Shown piece by piece: positions 37,654 to 49,052 of a stretch of 64,000 nucleotides of DNA. Within the stretch, counting starts at the first letter, position 1. The number at the start of each line of letters is the position of its first letter. The notes under the pieces were generated by a model, which worked only from the letters and a program-made list of their open reading frames with translations, was not told where the DNA came from and did not search any database. Source of the DNA: an uncultured virus (IMG/VR IMGVR_UViG_3300023283_000176) (Duplodnaviria > Heunggongvirae > Uroviricota > Caudoviricetes); IMG/VR virus record IMGVR_UViG_3300023283_000176; one strand, 5' to 3'. A program made the position numbers and the translations under genes.

Positions 37654-38091
37654 ATGATCAACTTATTTGGTAAGCAGTTAATTAGCCAAATAAAAAACGA
37701 TTTTGTTAGACACAAAATTGACATTGCTGAAACAAGCAAAATCATTATCAAATACAAAAAATATTCATACAGACAAATTGCAGAGAATATGAAACTGAGT
37801 AACTACCAGATTTCATACGCTTTGCGAAACCCCAAAAAAACTACATCGAAAAAACTTATAAACATTTACCGTACACTCATCGAAATGGGCGATCCAAAAT
37901 TTCAGAAACAAGAAAAAAAATATGTGTTAATACCATCATGGATATACCCTAAAACCGGCGAACCCATATTTGTAAATGGTTCTCAGATTGCAAATTTATG
38001 GGGGATTGATTTGAATGAGTGTGTATTGTGGGATTTTGCCACAAAAGAACAAAAAGAAACATTAATTCCATTGGAGGTTGAAACAAAATGA
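37654..38091 (+). CDS. HTH-containing hypothetical protein
   Basis: YSYRQIAENMKLSNYQISYAL. Confidence 0.55.
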   Translation: MINLFGKQLISQIKNDFVRHKIDIAETSKIIIKYKKYSYRQIAENMKLSNYQISYALRNPKKTTSKKLINIYRTLIEMGDPKFQKQEKKYVLIPSWIYPKTGEPIFVNGSQIANLWGIDLNECVLWDFATKEQKETLIPLEVETK

Positions 38092-38450
38092 AAGGTAAGC
38101 AAATGACATTATTTCTCAGTTATTTTGAAAAACATACAGACGATCCACTTATCAAACACATGGTAAAAAGACGGATTCGTAATTATAGTTTAGGATTACG
38201 AAGGCATATAGAAATTATGGTCGACCGAGCAGATCCACCAAAAATGGAATGGAAACTTTATATATTAGCCATAATGAAATTTTTTCCTACGTTGCATGAA
38301 CCCATCCTTAAAGTAATGGGAGAAAAAGTGGAAGATCAATGGAAATTAAGAGAAGATGAGATCACCAAAAAATTCAAAAAACTTTTAACTGATCTCAATC
38401 TTCCTATTCCTCGTATTCTATCGAATCAAGCAGACCCAACGGGGGTATAA
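38088..38450 (+). CDS. Hypothetical protein
   Basis: Last gene of the plus-strand operon. Confidence 0.6.
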   Translation: MKGKQMTLFLSYFEKHTDDPLIKHMVKRRIRNYSLGLRRHIEIMVDRADPPKMEWKLYILAIMKFFPTLHEPILKVMGEKVEDQWKLREDEITKKFKKLLTDLNLPIPRILSNQADPTGV

Positions 38451-41400
38451 ACTGTTGGGCCACATTAAAGCCAACTCTCTCTACAGACCGATCATCTTCC
38501 ATCACACCAGTTAAAAATCTGGCAACGCCGGCTATATCTCCCGATATCATGGAGATCCCTGCTGGTGTTGGATCATTAAACCTATGCATACCCGCCGCAA
38601 GTGGACCACCATAACCGGCATTTACAAAACCATCAACAAGGGCCTGTTCCATCCCATACATATACATCATCAGAGATGCCATATCTTTGATATGTTTGGC
38701 GTCTCCGATCCTCACTTGGTCATCTACGGAATCGTTCGCATTAAGTGTAATATCTTCGATATTTAAACTTTCGACCACACCGCCTCGGCCAGTAAAACCA
38801 AAAGTGTTCAATTCGTCCTGGGGACTATCATCATCAAAAGCGAAATTTAGAACTGCTAATGAAGCGAATTTCCGCATGGAATCCATACTCCAAGTAAACA
38901 TTTTGTTCAATCCGGATGCGCCCACTAACCTCACAAAAGAATCAAGAGATCGGAATGGAAGATCATCAATAGCTTGATCGCTCCAACCTAATTTCTTGAA
39001 CCTTGCTCTCCTTTTCTTAGGACTCATAAATCTTGTGGCTAATAAATTGTACATCAGATTCGTTTTAGACGAAGCCTCTGGGTGTTTATCTGTAAATGAT
39101 CGTAATGGATTCAAGAACCTCCTTTCAACTGTCTGCATAGACTGGTTAAATGAAAAATTCCAAAATGTAGTAGCTACTCTTGCAGTCGGATTATGCCACT
39201 CAGGTCTGAACATCTGATTTTTACCAGTGTATGTTTCAGTAGCTCTAATAATGACTCTTTCAAGCACATCTTCTACAAGTGGGTCCATATCGCTACTTAA
39301 AAAACGTTTGCCGTTACGACCAGCCTCTGTTAGCCTTTCATTTAAATCAGGTATTCGATCCACAACATCGTCAATTTCACTTCTTGCGATGCCCAACATT
39401 TCAAACTGTGCTTGCACATCTCCACGACTAACACCTCTTATTCCATTACCATCTCTTATCTGTCTCCAATTTTTAACCAAATCATTTAACATGGTCATGT
39501 GGGCCATCCAATTCATGGTCAAATTGACTTCATTTTTTGTACGCAAATTGCCTAATGTTAATTTAATACCCGCATTTTCAGTTAAACTGCCTAACGGTGA
39601 TTCTCTGAGTTGTTTAGGTACTAAATTAGGTACATCAAATTTTTGAGTCCAAAATCTTGAAAGTGATCGGCTGAAACTATTAAAACCACCTACAAAATTT
39701 AAAGCAGGATCGTCCGAACTAAAAGCGTGTTTTGGTGCATCATCGAAATCTGCCAACATAGCTTCCACTTGTCGAAATACGACCCCAAGTTCTTCACTAT
39801 TTTGGATTAAATTAGACAAATTGTTCGTAGGTGCTACCCTTCCCAATACACGCATCACATCCTTAAAACTGGTTAACTGTGAAGTGGTAATAAAAGTTTG
39901 GAAAGTGTCCAATAAAGCAATGGAAGTGGCATAACGTCCATAAAAAAGGTTTCTAATGCCCTCAGATATTTGCTGATTACGCAACTTACGATCCAAAAAA
40001 TCTTTTTTCTGTTTCGCTGTGGAAAAATTAGCAAGCTCGGGAATAATTCTGAAAACTTCATTATAAGCTGTTTTCATGCGCTCAACATGCGATCTGGCAT
40101 CTGACTGTCTGAAACCTGTATCCAATAAATCACTCTCCATTTTATTGAATTTTTTCCCTAATTCAGTTTCGTCAAGAATGTTAAATTTCAACGCTTCAAT
40201 TCTCTTTGCCACATCCCCCGCATAACGATCAAGAATAACACTTGGGTCTGTCTCTCTCCATCGTTGATCAATTAAGAAATTACGTGGGTTCTCCAAAAAA
40301 CTGGAATTCTTAACAAAATCCCCAGTTAACATTAGATCATAAAAATCATCATATTCTTTATTATTTGCTAATCGAATGACATTAAAAGTTTGGTTATTAT
40401 CACCTTGTAAATTTGTTAGCGGATTATCGTCACTATCCTCAATGACAAACCGTTTTACTTTTCGGACCCGTCCATCACCCATCGGTGTTTCTTTAACTAC
40501 TTCTTTGATGACACCACGATTCAACAACCCTTGCGTAAAATTATCATCTGTGAAAGCACCAAAATTTCTTTCAAAAGCCTGTTGGGCTTCCCTGGGCACT
40601 CTTTGTGAATTACCTATGGCGTTTTTCAAATGAAGAATGGCTTTTTCCTGGGTCTCAAACTCAAATGTTTTTACTTTTTGAGTGTCAGGATCATATTTTT
40701 TAACAGCATCATCCTCAGCATTTAAGTCCATAAAGGACTGTCTTAATTCAGCCTCAAAATTTTCCTCTCCCATTTCTTTTCTGGCTCTGCCAATTTTAGA
40801 ACGAGAGGACATTTGTGGATAATAAAATTCTTCAAGGCCCTCAGTAAACCGTAATTTAACATCTCGAATCTTGTCCAACCTTTTAACTGCCGGATCAAAT
40901 CTTTTTGCGTTTTTAAGAACTTTCTTCACATTTTTGTCATCAAACGTTTGAATGTACTCATCCCATGTACCCTTAAATTTAAGAAAGAAATCATCTACCA
41001 GAATTTGATATTGATTTTGATTCATAGTAAATCTGGAATCACCAGACTTAACCGTTCTCATTCTTTCAGTCATCCACACACGAGAAGTTTCCTGTCTTTC
41101 AAATCCATTCAGTAATGTTCGATGTTCGCTGGCAAGTTCCTTGAATCTGTTACGCATAGATTTGATAGCATCTACAACCCTTTCGTCATTAAGCATCTTC
41201 TCATCAATCTTCTGGAAAGTGCGTCCATTGGGGGAATTGTATTGCTGATCTACACTTTTTTGAGTTTCCACAATTCGAGCAGTGCCGTCCTCATTGAACT
41301 CAAGTTTGCTATTCATCAACCTGTCAAGTGATTCATTAAAGGCTCTTGTTCTTGACCTTTCTCGTTGCGAACCTCGCAATTGGCGGGTCCCATTTGAAGT

Positions 41401-44400
41401 TGTTATTTGATCAGGCACAAATTCGTCAAGAATTTCAGGGCCTACCCTTAAAAAAGTATTGAAAGCATTAACACCATGTTTCTCATTAAACTCATCACCA
41501 AAACTGTTTCGCATTTGTTGAATTTTGGCAGGTAAGTTTGTCAAGAAATCACTGAACTCCATTACAGATTGCACACCACTTCTTTGTGCCATTGAAAAAG
41601 TGGATTGTACAAATTTATTCTGTACCATCTTACGAGTGGCTTCTTGTAATCCGTTTCCTGATTCAAGAATATCTCTGACATTTTGGTTGAATCTTGAAAA
41701 AATGGGGTCGTCGGGTGAAAGTAAAACTCCTCTGGATTGGGCTTCTTTGACTAAAGTTTCTTTTTCGCCTTTACGTAATGTCTGCACTGCACTTGGGTCT
41801 ATTGTGTCGTCAATAGAATCAACAAAACCCTTTTTAAGTGTGGCCACTTTTCTATATGCTCTGGGTGTGTATGCCTGAAAACCTTTCCGTAAAAGACCGC
41901 CAACAATTAAGGCACCAAGTACACCCTGAAACGAAAACAAACTCGCTTCTTGTGTTTCAAATTCATTTAAATCTATATCAAGAGCTTCTTCGGCGACCAT
42001 AATGCCAAGACCGGCTGTGGCCATTGCAAATGGTTTGTGGATTTTTGGAATTCCAGGGGTGGGTCTGACTTGTCTCACGCCTTGTAAATAAGATTCAACT
42101 GTTTCTCTCGAAGTTGAAGCCAGATCACGTCTGAGTTTTAAAATTCTGCCACTATTATTGCTTTGAACAGCGACCATGAACTTCCCATCTCTTTCAACTA
42201 TATTGTAACTTTTATCTACACCAGATGTATTGAATGTTTGTTCTTTTCCTAATGACCCATCATCTTTCACAAGTCTATAAGCAAAATTACCATTTTTTGT
42301 GCCTGTGTGTTTTGCATTACGTCGGTTTCCATCTGAATCTCTCAATGAAAAATAATCACCAACTTCCAAATCATTAGTTTGGACCGCTGGTGTGTCAGGA
42401 TCGTATTCTTTAGTTGCCCCATTTACTGGGGTTTCCAATTTAGAATTGATCTCTGCTTCAATGCGAGCATTTTCAAATCCATTTGATCGAAGATCGACAA
42501 TAACTTGTTGAGCGTGTTTATTCACCGTTTGTGGTTCAATTTGTTTTAACGGAACAGGTGGGTTAGCTCCTTGAGTAATATAGGAATCTGTGGGGCGTGT
42601 TTTTTCAAGTTTAGATGTGTCTGTGATGTCAGTATCTTTGAATTCACTTACATCTTTTAGTTGATCCTTAGAAATTAACTTAATGAAACGCCGACCTTTT
42701 GGTCCAACAAATTCGATGCCATCAAACTGGCCCTCATATACATCTCTTGGTTCAACAACTTCGTCCGCTGTTTTCCGCATAGAACGTTGAACATTTGCAA
42801 CTAAACTGCCTTCTCCTACCTCAACAATCTTACCTGAAAAATCTGGAAATGGGTCTTGAACTTGTGCTATTCTTACACGTTGTAACGCACCTGTGGTTGT
42901 AGTCAACTCATTGGGAGAAATCCTTTGATAAAAAGGATTCAGTTTCATTTGACCATTGATCTCAATAAAGCGGTCAGTAGGAATGGTTTCGTCCAATCCG
43001 CCATTCGGGTGGGTAGGTACTTCATTCACACGTATATAATCTACTGTCCCATCAGGATTTTCTGTATAAAAAATGTCTCCTTTTTTACCGGGTTTTTTAG
43101 GATTAAATTTTCGAATGGCTCGACCACCATTTAATTGATTATAGTCGGTTAACATGGAACCGCCTGCAACCCTTAGTACGTTTTCAGGTTCTAACTCATC
43201 CATTGAATAACCAACATTCTCAACAAAACGTCCTTGCAGACCTGTTTCTTGTAAAGTGGGGTCTGTTTTTTTGGCTTTGTTGACCACTTTTCGATAAGAT
43301 TGTCGGATATTTTTGCTGGTAATTTTTGTGATCTTATCTAAAGCAGAACCAAAATTTTTATCTATCCTTTCTAAAAGTGTTTGCCTTTCTAATTCGAGAG
43401 TCTTGGTTTTTAACTCTTTTGTTTTGGCTTTCAGATCTACTTCGCCTCTGGTAAGACCTTCTTGTTCCAAAGTTTGTAAACGTTGGGAAAGTCTGTCAAT
43501 CGCAGAATCAATTTCAGGTTCATTAAAATTCCTAATTGTATTCTGTGCATTTGGATCTTCTTTTAATCCGTTCAGTGTTTGTATTCTTTGCTGAATAGCA
43601 TCTGAATCGTTGATATCAATTAAATCATCATTGTCATTGGTTAACCACCTACGAACACCGGGGGGGGCATCCTCAAAAAATGAATTAGTGGCATCCAAAT
43701 CAGAGAGTCGTTGTTGTAAAAACAGACTTGCGTTGATACGTTCATCAATTTGCTTTTCCAATGCGTCCCGGTTCGATTCTTTACCGAAGTTTAGACGATT
43801 ACGCAGATCTACTAACTGATTGTCTACTCGTTCCATGACCGAAGCAATGTTGGCACGGTCGTTTAAATTAAGTTCAAATCTGTTGTTTAAAAATTTCTCT
43901 GCTTTTTCTGCTTCCTGTCTTAAAGTGTTTTCGTCGACCTTTTTTAATCGAATCTTTTGTGCCTTTCTACCTTTTGTTGTGTCAAGTTGGTTTTCGAGAA
44001 ATTGAACAACTTTATTCAGTTCTTTGATTTCTCTTTCGTTCGCGCTTTTAATGGAAGCATCAGCGGTCTCAGCATTAGCACGTCTGTTTAAATCGACTAT
44101 CCGATCTTCAACTCTACGAATACCATTTCTCACGGAACTTGGGCTATCAAAATTTACTTCTCCTATTTTTTTGACATTTTGTTCAAAGAAAACTTTACCA
44201 TCGCTTATATCCGCTTTCACAGAGGCTAAATCAGCTTCGGGTGTGTTCTCACCTTTACCTTTAGACACTCTGGACTCAGTAGCGTCCACAGGTGCACGAA
44301 ACAAACGACCATCAATGTCTTGCAATACAAATTGATCTCCAATAATTGATCTTATTGTGCCACGCCTACCATCAAAGACTCTTTGTTCGCCAAAGTGTTC

Positions 44401-47400
44401 TTCAAAAAAATCGTTGGCTCTACTATTGCTTTCCAAATCCCCCGTTCTCTCACTGGCTAAAAAACGATTCAATTCCCTTTGTTTGTCCACTTCTCCTGCG
44501 TTGGCTCTCATTCCTTCAACCAAATCAGCTATCCACTCATTTGGTTTAATTTCCATAACTTCGTAAAGTTCTTTTCCATTCACAGTAACTTGCTGTACTC
44601 GTGAATTAGGAATATCTGAGGCAATATCTACCGCTTCTGCTTTGCTCATTTGAAAAGCACCGCCTGAATTGGTTTTCTTTTCAATATCGACTTCTTCTAA
44701 ATCACGTAAAGCGTTTATGAATTTATTATAACCCTTTCCATCCATAATCTGTGCCATATTTGCGGACACATTCTTCCAAAATAATTTAGTAAAGGACTCG
44801 CTTAAAAGATCAATGCTATCCGCATTTAGAACATCCCCCCTTTCATTTCCAAACAGTGTATTAGAAGAACCCACATTCTTTTCATATTCTGTAATGGTGT
44901 CCCTCATTTGTCCTTTCAGGTCTTTGACCAATGGTTTGATGTTGGTCACAAAATCACTTGCGAGGTCATCCATTGTAACCTGATCTTCTTGAACGCTTTT
45001 AGCAATTGCTTGGCCAGCGCTTTGGACATTCGATTCAAGATCTTTTCTTGGCATTTCAGCCAAACCTGTTCTCATTTCTTCAATGAAACGTCTGTAATCT
45101 GGACTAAAGGCTTCTCTAAATTGATCAGTTTTAATAGGTTTGCCTGTTTGCGGGTCTACTCTCAAACCTGAAAATTCTTGTCCGGCTAATTTGAAAAGAC
45201 TGTTTTTACCAAATCTTGCACCACCAATAACAGAATCAAATAAAATTCCAAGTGTTTCCTCAGCTAAAACATTCACACCAATTCTCATAAGTGGTGCGTA
45301 CCATGCCTTGTCGCCGAGATTTTTGAACCAACCCTCAACATCAGTATCGTAATCAAACACAACGTCGTTACCAAGATCTACCAAACCAGACCCAAGCAAA
45401 TTGTCTTTATCACTAAATTCGTCTTGAGGTAATTCATTGATAATATTATACAATGCGCCACCTGCTACAAAATCTAACGTCTGTGCTGTGCCTGAATTTG
45501 ATTGTTTAAGGCCGGAAGCTAATTTTCTTAATCTCAATTCAGAGGCTTTGTAAAGTCCTGCACCAGAAGCGTTTTTAGGTGGTTTCAAAAACATTTTGGC
45601 TCTTTGTAAATTTGTGGCTTTACGAATGCCAGACAAATGTTTTGCATTTCGGGTAGCTACTCTTTGTACAATGCTTTTATCAATTTGTTTACCAAGAGCC
45701 TTATTAAGTGGTCGGCCCATGCCTTTAAATAAAAATATGGAAGAAACCAATGGTGCTACAATTTGAGTGGCTTGTTGTATAGAAGTCAATCCTGCGTTGG
45801 GTGCATACGTGGATTGAGTAATTTCAGCAATGTCTTGAACCATTTGATCCGAAAATTGACGCAACTCGCCTTTAGATTTAAATTCTCCGTTTTGGATTCC
45901 ATTAGACATAGCTTCAACAAAATCACTCCCCTCACCTGTGAGACGGAAAAACGTTTTTCCGACAAAATCATTAAGCATAGATGTAACTGAATTCAGAGCA
46001 ACAGTTCCTGTATTCCAAACTGCCCCACCAAGAGTTAAAATGTCATTATTTAAAACATAGGAACGTTCAACATTGCCCTCTCTTTTTGTAAGTGGTTCAT
46101 CCGTAGGAATTTGCCCAACTCGGTCTCTTACAACTCTTTCTTGAACAACATTGCCTTCATCATCAAAAACGCGCTCTACTTCTTGAATGTCAGCTAAAGA
46201 AAATAAACGTCGTGTGGCTTCATCCTGTAAACGTTCAATCCGGTTAGGCTCCAAAACCATTTTCTCTCCATCCTCGCTATTGCGTACAAACATATCAAGT
46301 CCATTCCGATATGTCAGTAAATCAGTAGCAAGTTTTACCATTGCAGGCGCAGAATCATAATCGAACTCATATAAAGGATTGCCTTCTTCGTCCTCTTTAA
46401 AACCATTGTTCTCAAAAGCGTGTACTTGAATAGTTTTAAAAAGGTCGGCAACTTTAACGTCCTCATGTTCGTCGTCCAACAATTGTTTTGAAAAAAGTCT
46501 TAGAAAATTGTCATAAGTAGCACTGTCATTAAATGAATTAGTGTCCTCATCAAATAAAGTGTGTACTAAATCTTCGGGGGTGACAATATCATTATCAGCT
46601 ATGAAACCTTTTAAGTCATCTACGGCGATATTGTCTTGTAACTCATCCATCCTTTCTTTATCGTTAAAAGATGTAAGGTTAGACACAAATTCACCAAAAA
46701 AAGATGATTCTTGACCTGTAGTTTCAGTTTCTTTTTGTCCGACTTTTTCAATCAAAGACGCGACAGCCAAAGCATCATTTTCACGAGTGCCTGGTTGTAT
46801 TTCCTCGTTTTCGTGTCCATCAATAAATGGTGCGGTGAAACCATTATGGATAGCAGGTTTAGACTTTTTGGGTGTGATTGGTTTGAATTCTGTGTTGTTG
46901 ACAACGCTTTTAGCGTATTCTAATGGAGTCTGTCCATCTTGTGTAGGTGAATTCAAAAAACGAATGGCTTTTCTTGCAAAACGGCTTTGTTCTTCAAATG
47001 GAACATCAGTGTCCGTCTCTTGGAAAAAATTGATATAATCAGTTAAGCCTTCTTTCCCAAAACGGTCAAAAATGGCGAACGCTTCCGCGTATCTTTTTGG
47101 AAAACGATTTGCCATTGAAGGATCAATTATGCCCGCATTGTGTTTATTGGTAAGTTGTTCATTGAATTCATTCAACTTAACATCGAGAACTTGTTGTTGT
47201 AATTGTTGATCATTGTTAAATAAATCTCGAAAAGCTGTTTCATTCATATCCAACTTTCCGTCTTTATTTACTAAACCCCCAAACTGTTTTGCATTTTTCT
47301 CAATCAAACTTTGAGCACCATTAACAGTAGTCAGATCCATTTCCTTTTTGGTTTTCTCAAGTCCTGACCTCAAACTTTTACGTACTTCTTCCCCTGAATA

Positions 47401-47769
47401 TGCTGTTTGGGTTACAGTGTTATGAATGTTTTTTTGAATTTTTGAAAGGGTTGCCTCTCTTGTGGTATTATTTTCTTCAAAAAATTCATCAGGATTTCGG
47501 TCTCCAAGTTGTTGTTCCAATACATTGTTGGCAACCTCAGAGACCAGAGACGGATCTGATCTAAGATCGTTTAAAATGGAGGTGGGATTGTGGCCTGTCC
47601 GGCCAGGTAAAAACTGTTTAAAAAAATTTCCTGTAATGATGTCTTGTTCTGTAAAATCTTCTTGGTCGGCTATCAAAGGAACATCAACAGGAGTGTTTGT
47701 CCTTGAGGACGGATTAGTTATAGTTTGTGTTTGTTGTTCTTCGTTTTGAGGAGTTTCGTTGTTAATCAT
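38404..47769 (-). CDS. Giant (3121 aa) putative internal virion / ejection protein
   Basis: Uninterrupted 9.4-kb ORF at the end of the virion operon, after two smaller helical proteins. Confidence 0.7.
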   Translation of the reverse strand: MINNETPQNEEQQTQTITNPSSRTNTPVDVPLIADQEDFTEQDIITGNFFKQFLPGRTGHNPTSILNDLRSDPSLVSEVANNVLEQQLGDRNPDEFFEENNTTREATLSKIQKNIHNTVTQTAYSGEEVRKSLRSGLEKTKKEMDLTTVNGAQSLIEKNAKQFGGLVNKDGKLDMNETAFRDLFNNDQQLQQQVLDVKLNEFNEQLTNKHNAGIIDPSMANRFPKRYAEAFAIFDRFGKEGLTDYINFFQETDTDVPFEEQSRFARKAIRFLNSPTQDGQTPLEYAKSVVNNTEFKPITPKKSKPAIHNGFTAPFIDGHENEEIQPGTRENDALAVASLIEKVGQKETETTGQESSFFGEFVSNLTSFNDKERMDELQDNIAVDDLKGFIADNDIVTPEDLVHTLFDEDTNSFNDSATYDNFLRLFSKQLLDDEHEDVKVADLFKTIQVHAFENNGFKEDEEGNPLYEFDYDSAPAMVKLATDLLTYRNGLDMFVRNSEDGEKMVLEPNRIERLQDEATRRLFSLADIQEVERVFDDEGNVVQERVVRDRVGQIPTDEPLTKREGNVERSYVLNNDILTLGGAVWNTGTVALNSVTSMLNDFVGKTFFRLTGEGSDFVEAMSNGIQNGEFKSKGELRQFSDQMVQDIAEITQSTYAPNAGLTSIQQATQIVAPLVSSIFLFKGMGRPLNKALGKQIDKSIVQRVATRNAKHLSGIRKATNLQRAKMFLKPPKNASGAGLYKASELRLRKLASGLKQSNSGTAQTLDFVAGGALYNIINELPQDEFSDKDNLLGSGLVDLGNDVVFDYDTDVEGWFKNLGDKAWYAPLMRIGVNVLAEETLGILFDSVIGGARFGKNSLFKLAGQEFSGLRVDPQTGKPIKTDQFREAFSPDYRRFIEEMRTGLAEMPRKDLESNVQSAGQAIAKSVQEDQVTMDDLASDFVTNIKPLVKDLKGQMRDTITEYEKNVGSSNTLFGNERGDVLNADSIDLLSESFTKLFWKNVSANMAQIMDGKGYNKFINALRDLEEVDIEKKTNSGGAFQMSKAEAVDIASDIPNSRVQQVTVNGKELYEVMEIKPNEWIADLVEGMRANAGEVDKQRELNRFLASERTGDLESNSRANDFFEEHFGEQRVFDGRRGTIRSIIGDQFVLQDIDGRLFRAPVDATESRVSKGKGENTPEADLASVKADISDGKVFFEQNVKKIGEVNFDSPSSVRNGIRRVEDRIVDLNRRANAETADASIKSANEREIKELNKVVQFLENQLDTTKGRKAQKIRLKKVDENTLRQEAEKAEKFLNNRFELNLNDRANIASVMERVDNQLVDLRNRLNFGKESNRDALEKQIDERINASLFLQQRLSDLDATNSFFEDAPPGVRRWLTNDNDDLIDINDSDAIQQRIQTLNGLKEDPNAQNTIRNFNEPEIDSAIDRLSQRLQTLEQEGLTRGEVDLKAKTKELKTKTLELERQTLLERIDKNFGSALDKITKITSKNIRQSYRKVVNKAKKTDPTLQETGLQGRFVENVGYSMDELEPENVLRVAGGSMLTDYNQLNGGRAIRKFNPKKPGKKGDIFYTENPDGTVDYIRVNEVPTHPNGGLDETIPTDRFIEINGQMKLNPFYQRISPNELTTTTGALQRVRIAQVQDPFPDFSGKIVEVGEGSLVANVQRSMRKTADEVVEPRDVYEGQFDGIEFVGPKGRRFIKLISKDQLKDVSEFKDTDITDTSKLEKTRPTDSYITQGANPPVPLKQIEPQTVNKHAQQVIVDLRSNGFENARIEAEINSKLETPVNGATKEYDPDTPAVQTNDLEVGDYFSLRDSDGNRRNAKHTGTKNGNFAYRLVKDDGSLGKEQTFNTSGVDKSYNIVERDGKFMVAVQSNNSGRILKLRRDLASTSRETVESYLQGVRQVRPTPGIPKIHKPFAMATAGLGIMVAEEALDIDLNEFETQEASLFSFQGVLGALIVGGLLRKGFQAYTPRAYRKVATLKKGFVDSIDDTIDPSAVQTLRKGEKETLVKEAQSRGVLLSPDDPIFSRFNQNVRDILESGNGLQEATRKMVQNKFVQSTFSMAQRSGVQSVMEFSDFLTNLPAKIQQMRNSFGDEFNEKHGVNAFNTFLRVGPEILDEFVPDQITTSNGTRQLRGSQRERSRTRAFNESLDRLMNSKLEFNEDGTARIVETQKSVDQQYNSPNGRTFQKIDEKMLNDERVVDAIKSMRNRFKELASEHRTLLNGFERQETSRVWMTERMRTVKSGDSRFTMNQNQYQILVDDFFLKFKGTWDEYIQTFDDKNVKKVLKNAKRFDPAVKRLDKIRDVKLRFTEGLEEFYYPQMSSRSKIGRARKEMGEENFEAELRQSFMDLNAEDDAVKKYDPDTQKVKTFEFETQEKAILHLKNAIGNSQRVPREAQQAFERNFGAFTDDNFTQGLLNRGVIKEVVKETPMGDGRVRKVKRFVIEDSDDNPLTNLQGDNNQTFNVIRLANNKEYDDFYDLMLTGDFVKNSSFLENPRNFLIDQRWRETDPSVILDRYAGDVAKRIEALKFNILDETELGKKFNKMESDLLDTGFRQSDARSHVERMKTAYNEVFRIIPELANFSTAKQKKDFLDRKLRNQQISEGIRNLFYGRYATSIALLDTFQTFITTSQLTSFKDVMRVLGRVAPTNNLSNLIQNSEELGVVFRQVEAMLADFDDAPKHAFSSDDPALNFVGGFNSFSRSLSRFWTQKFDVPNLVPKQLRESPLGSLTENAGIKLTLGNLRTKNEVNLTMNWMAHMTMLNDLVKNWRQIRDGNGIRGVSRGDVQAQFEMLGIARSEIDDVVDRIPDLNERLTEAGRNGKRFLSSDMDPLVEDVLERVIIRATETYTGKNQMFRPEWHNPTARVATTFWNFSFNQSMQTVERRFLNPLRSFTDKHPEASSKTNLMYNLLATRFMSPKKRRARFKKLGWSDQAIDDLPFRSLDSFVRLVGASGLNKMFTWSMDSMRKFASLAVLNFAFDDDSPQDELNTFGFTGRGGVVESLNIEDITLNANDSVDDQVRIGDAKHIKDMASLMMYMYGMEQALVDGFVNAGYGGPLAAGMHRFNDPTPAGISMISGDIAGVARFLTGVMEDDRSVERVGFNVAQQFIPPLGLLDSIEYEE

Positions 47770-47771
47770 AA

Positions 47772-49052
47772 TTAAAATTGAGGATTGTTTTCAAAAACGG
47801 TTCCACCGATTAAAGGATTGAAAGAATTGGCATCGTTTGAATTGGAACGCTTAGTGGGTTGGGTATCGTCGCCAGTTTTAAAATAAGTCGTAATGTCACT
47901 GGGAATGAAATCTTCATCATTTTCGCTCACTAAACGAAGTTTTGGGATTTTTTCTGCTTCGATTTCGGTAGCTTCGATAAATTGAGCCAATAAATCATTA
48001 TAATTTTTCTGAATAGTTTCCATTCGATCTCTTAAACGTCGTTGTGATGTTTCCAAACCAGCTTGTGAAGAACCACGACTTTCGACATCAAATTCTTCAT
48101 TTTCCAAAATTGTTTTAAAATTCTGGTCTACAATTTCTTTTGGGACACCTACAAAATCTATACTTTGAAAATCTCCAGCAATTTTTGTTCCAAATATATT
48201 TTTTGTGTTATCAGTGAAATCAATGCCTTTTTGTGGAATAGATAAAAACTTGCGAATAGTAGGCGTTTGTTCAGGTATTTCTCGATCATCAGGTTGAACA
48301 GTGCCTTCAATAATATTATCAATTACATTGGTGTTGTTGGTTTTTATGGCTTGTCTTAACTTATCTTGAAAACTATCAAAAGGTAAAAACTGAGTACCAT
48401 CCTGACCTTGTGCCGGTTCTCCTGTCTGACGAATCTGTTCCTTTTCGGCTTCAACAGTATTTAAAATGTCCAATGCCTGACGGGTCTTTTGTGTTTGGTT
48501 ACGGAATTCAGTCAAAGTCATTGGTTGTTGGTTCAGACCTAACCCGTCCACTTTAATCAATTTTTCTCCCGTATTTTGGTCAAAATCAAATTCAACTTGA
48601 GCATTTGCTGTATCTAAAAAATCACCAAAATCGCCAAAGAAATTTTCTTGAAATTTTTGAAACTCTTTACGAAAATCTTCTTGTGAATTAGCTATGGTTC
48701 GACTATTACGAGCATTAATTTGTCCTGTTTGAACGGCTCTATCTAAACGATTTTGTTCAGCTTGGAAATCTCTGTTTAATTCCCCTTGTTCAGCTTGGAA
48801 ATCTTGTTGTTCGCCCAACACAGTGAGTCTGAGATCTCTCTGATTTGCCAATACTTCACGCCTGAATTCTCGATTTTGATCATCTCTTCGTAAAGTGAAG
48901 TCCTGTTGGGCGCGTCTCAAAGCTAATTGACGAGCAAACTGACGTTGTTCTGCTTGAACTTGTTTACGATCACGAAAAACTTGTAATAAGTTGTCTAAAC
49001 CGGGGGTGACACGATCAGCAAAACCTTGAAAATTAGATGTCGGGATTCTCAT
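47772..49052 (-). CDS. Putative ejection / DNA pilot protein
   Basis: Q/R-rich helical repeats (DFQAEQ x2); position in operon. Confidence 0.55.
   Translation of the reverse strand: MRIPTSNFQGFADRVTPGLDNLLQVFRDRKQVQAEQRQFARQLALRRAQQDFTLRRDDQNREFRREVLANQRDLRLTVLGEQQDFQAEQGELNRDFQAEQNRLDRAVQTGQINARNSRTIANSQEDFRKEFQKFQENFFGDFGDFLDTANAQVEFDFDQNTGEKLIKVDGLGLNQQPMTLTEFRNQTQKTRQALDILNTVEAEKEQIRQTGEPAQGQDGTQFLPFDSFQDKLRQAIKTNNTNVIDNIIEGTVQPDDREIPEQTPTIRKFLSIPQKGIDFTDNTKNIFGTKIAGDFQSIDFVGVPKEIVDQNFKTILENEEFDVESRGSSQAGLETSQRRLRDRMETIQKNYNDLLAQFIEATEIEAEKIPKLRLVSENDEDFIPSDITTYFKTGDDTQPTKRSNSNDANSFNPLIGGTVFENNPQF

Noticed and set aside
38404..47769. Calling the giant protein a virion RNA polymerase
   Set aside because: No convincing catalytic DxDGD/DFDID motif was recognised by eye; a structure search is needed
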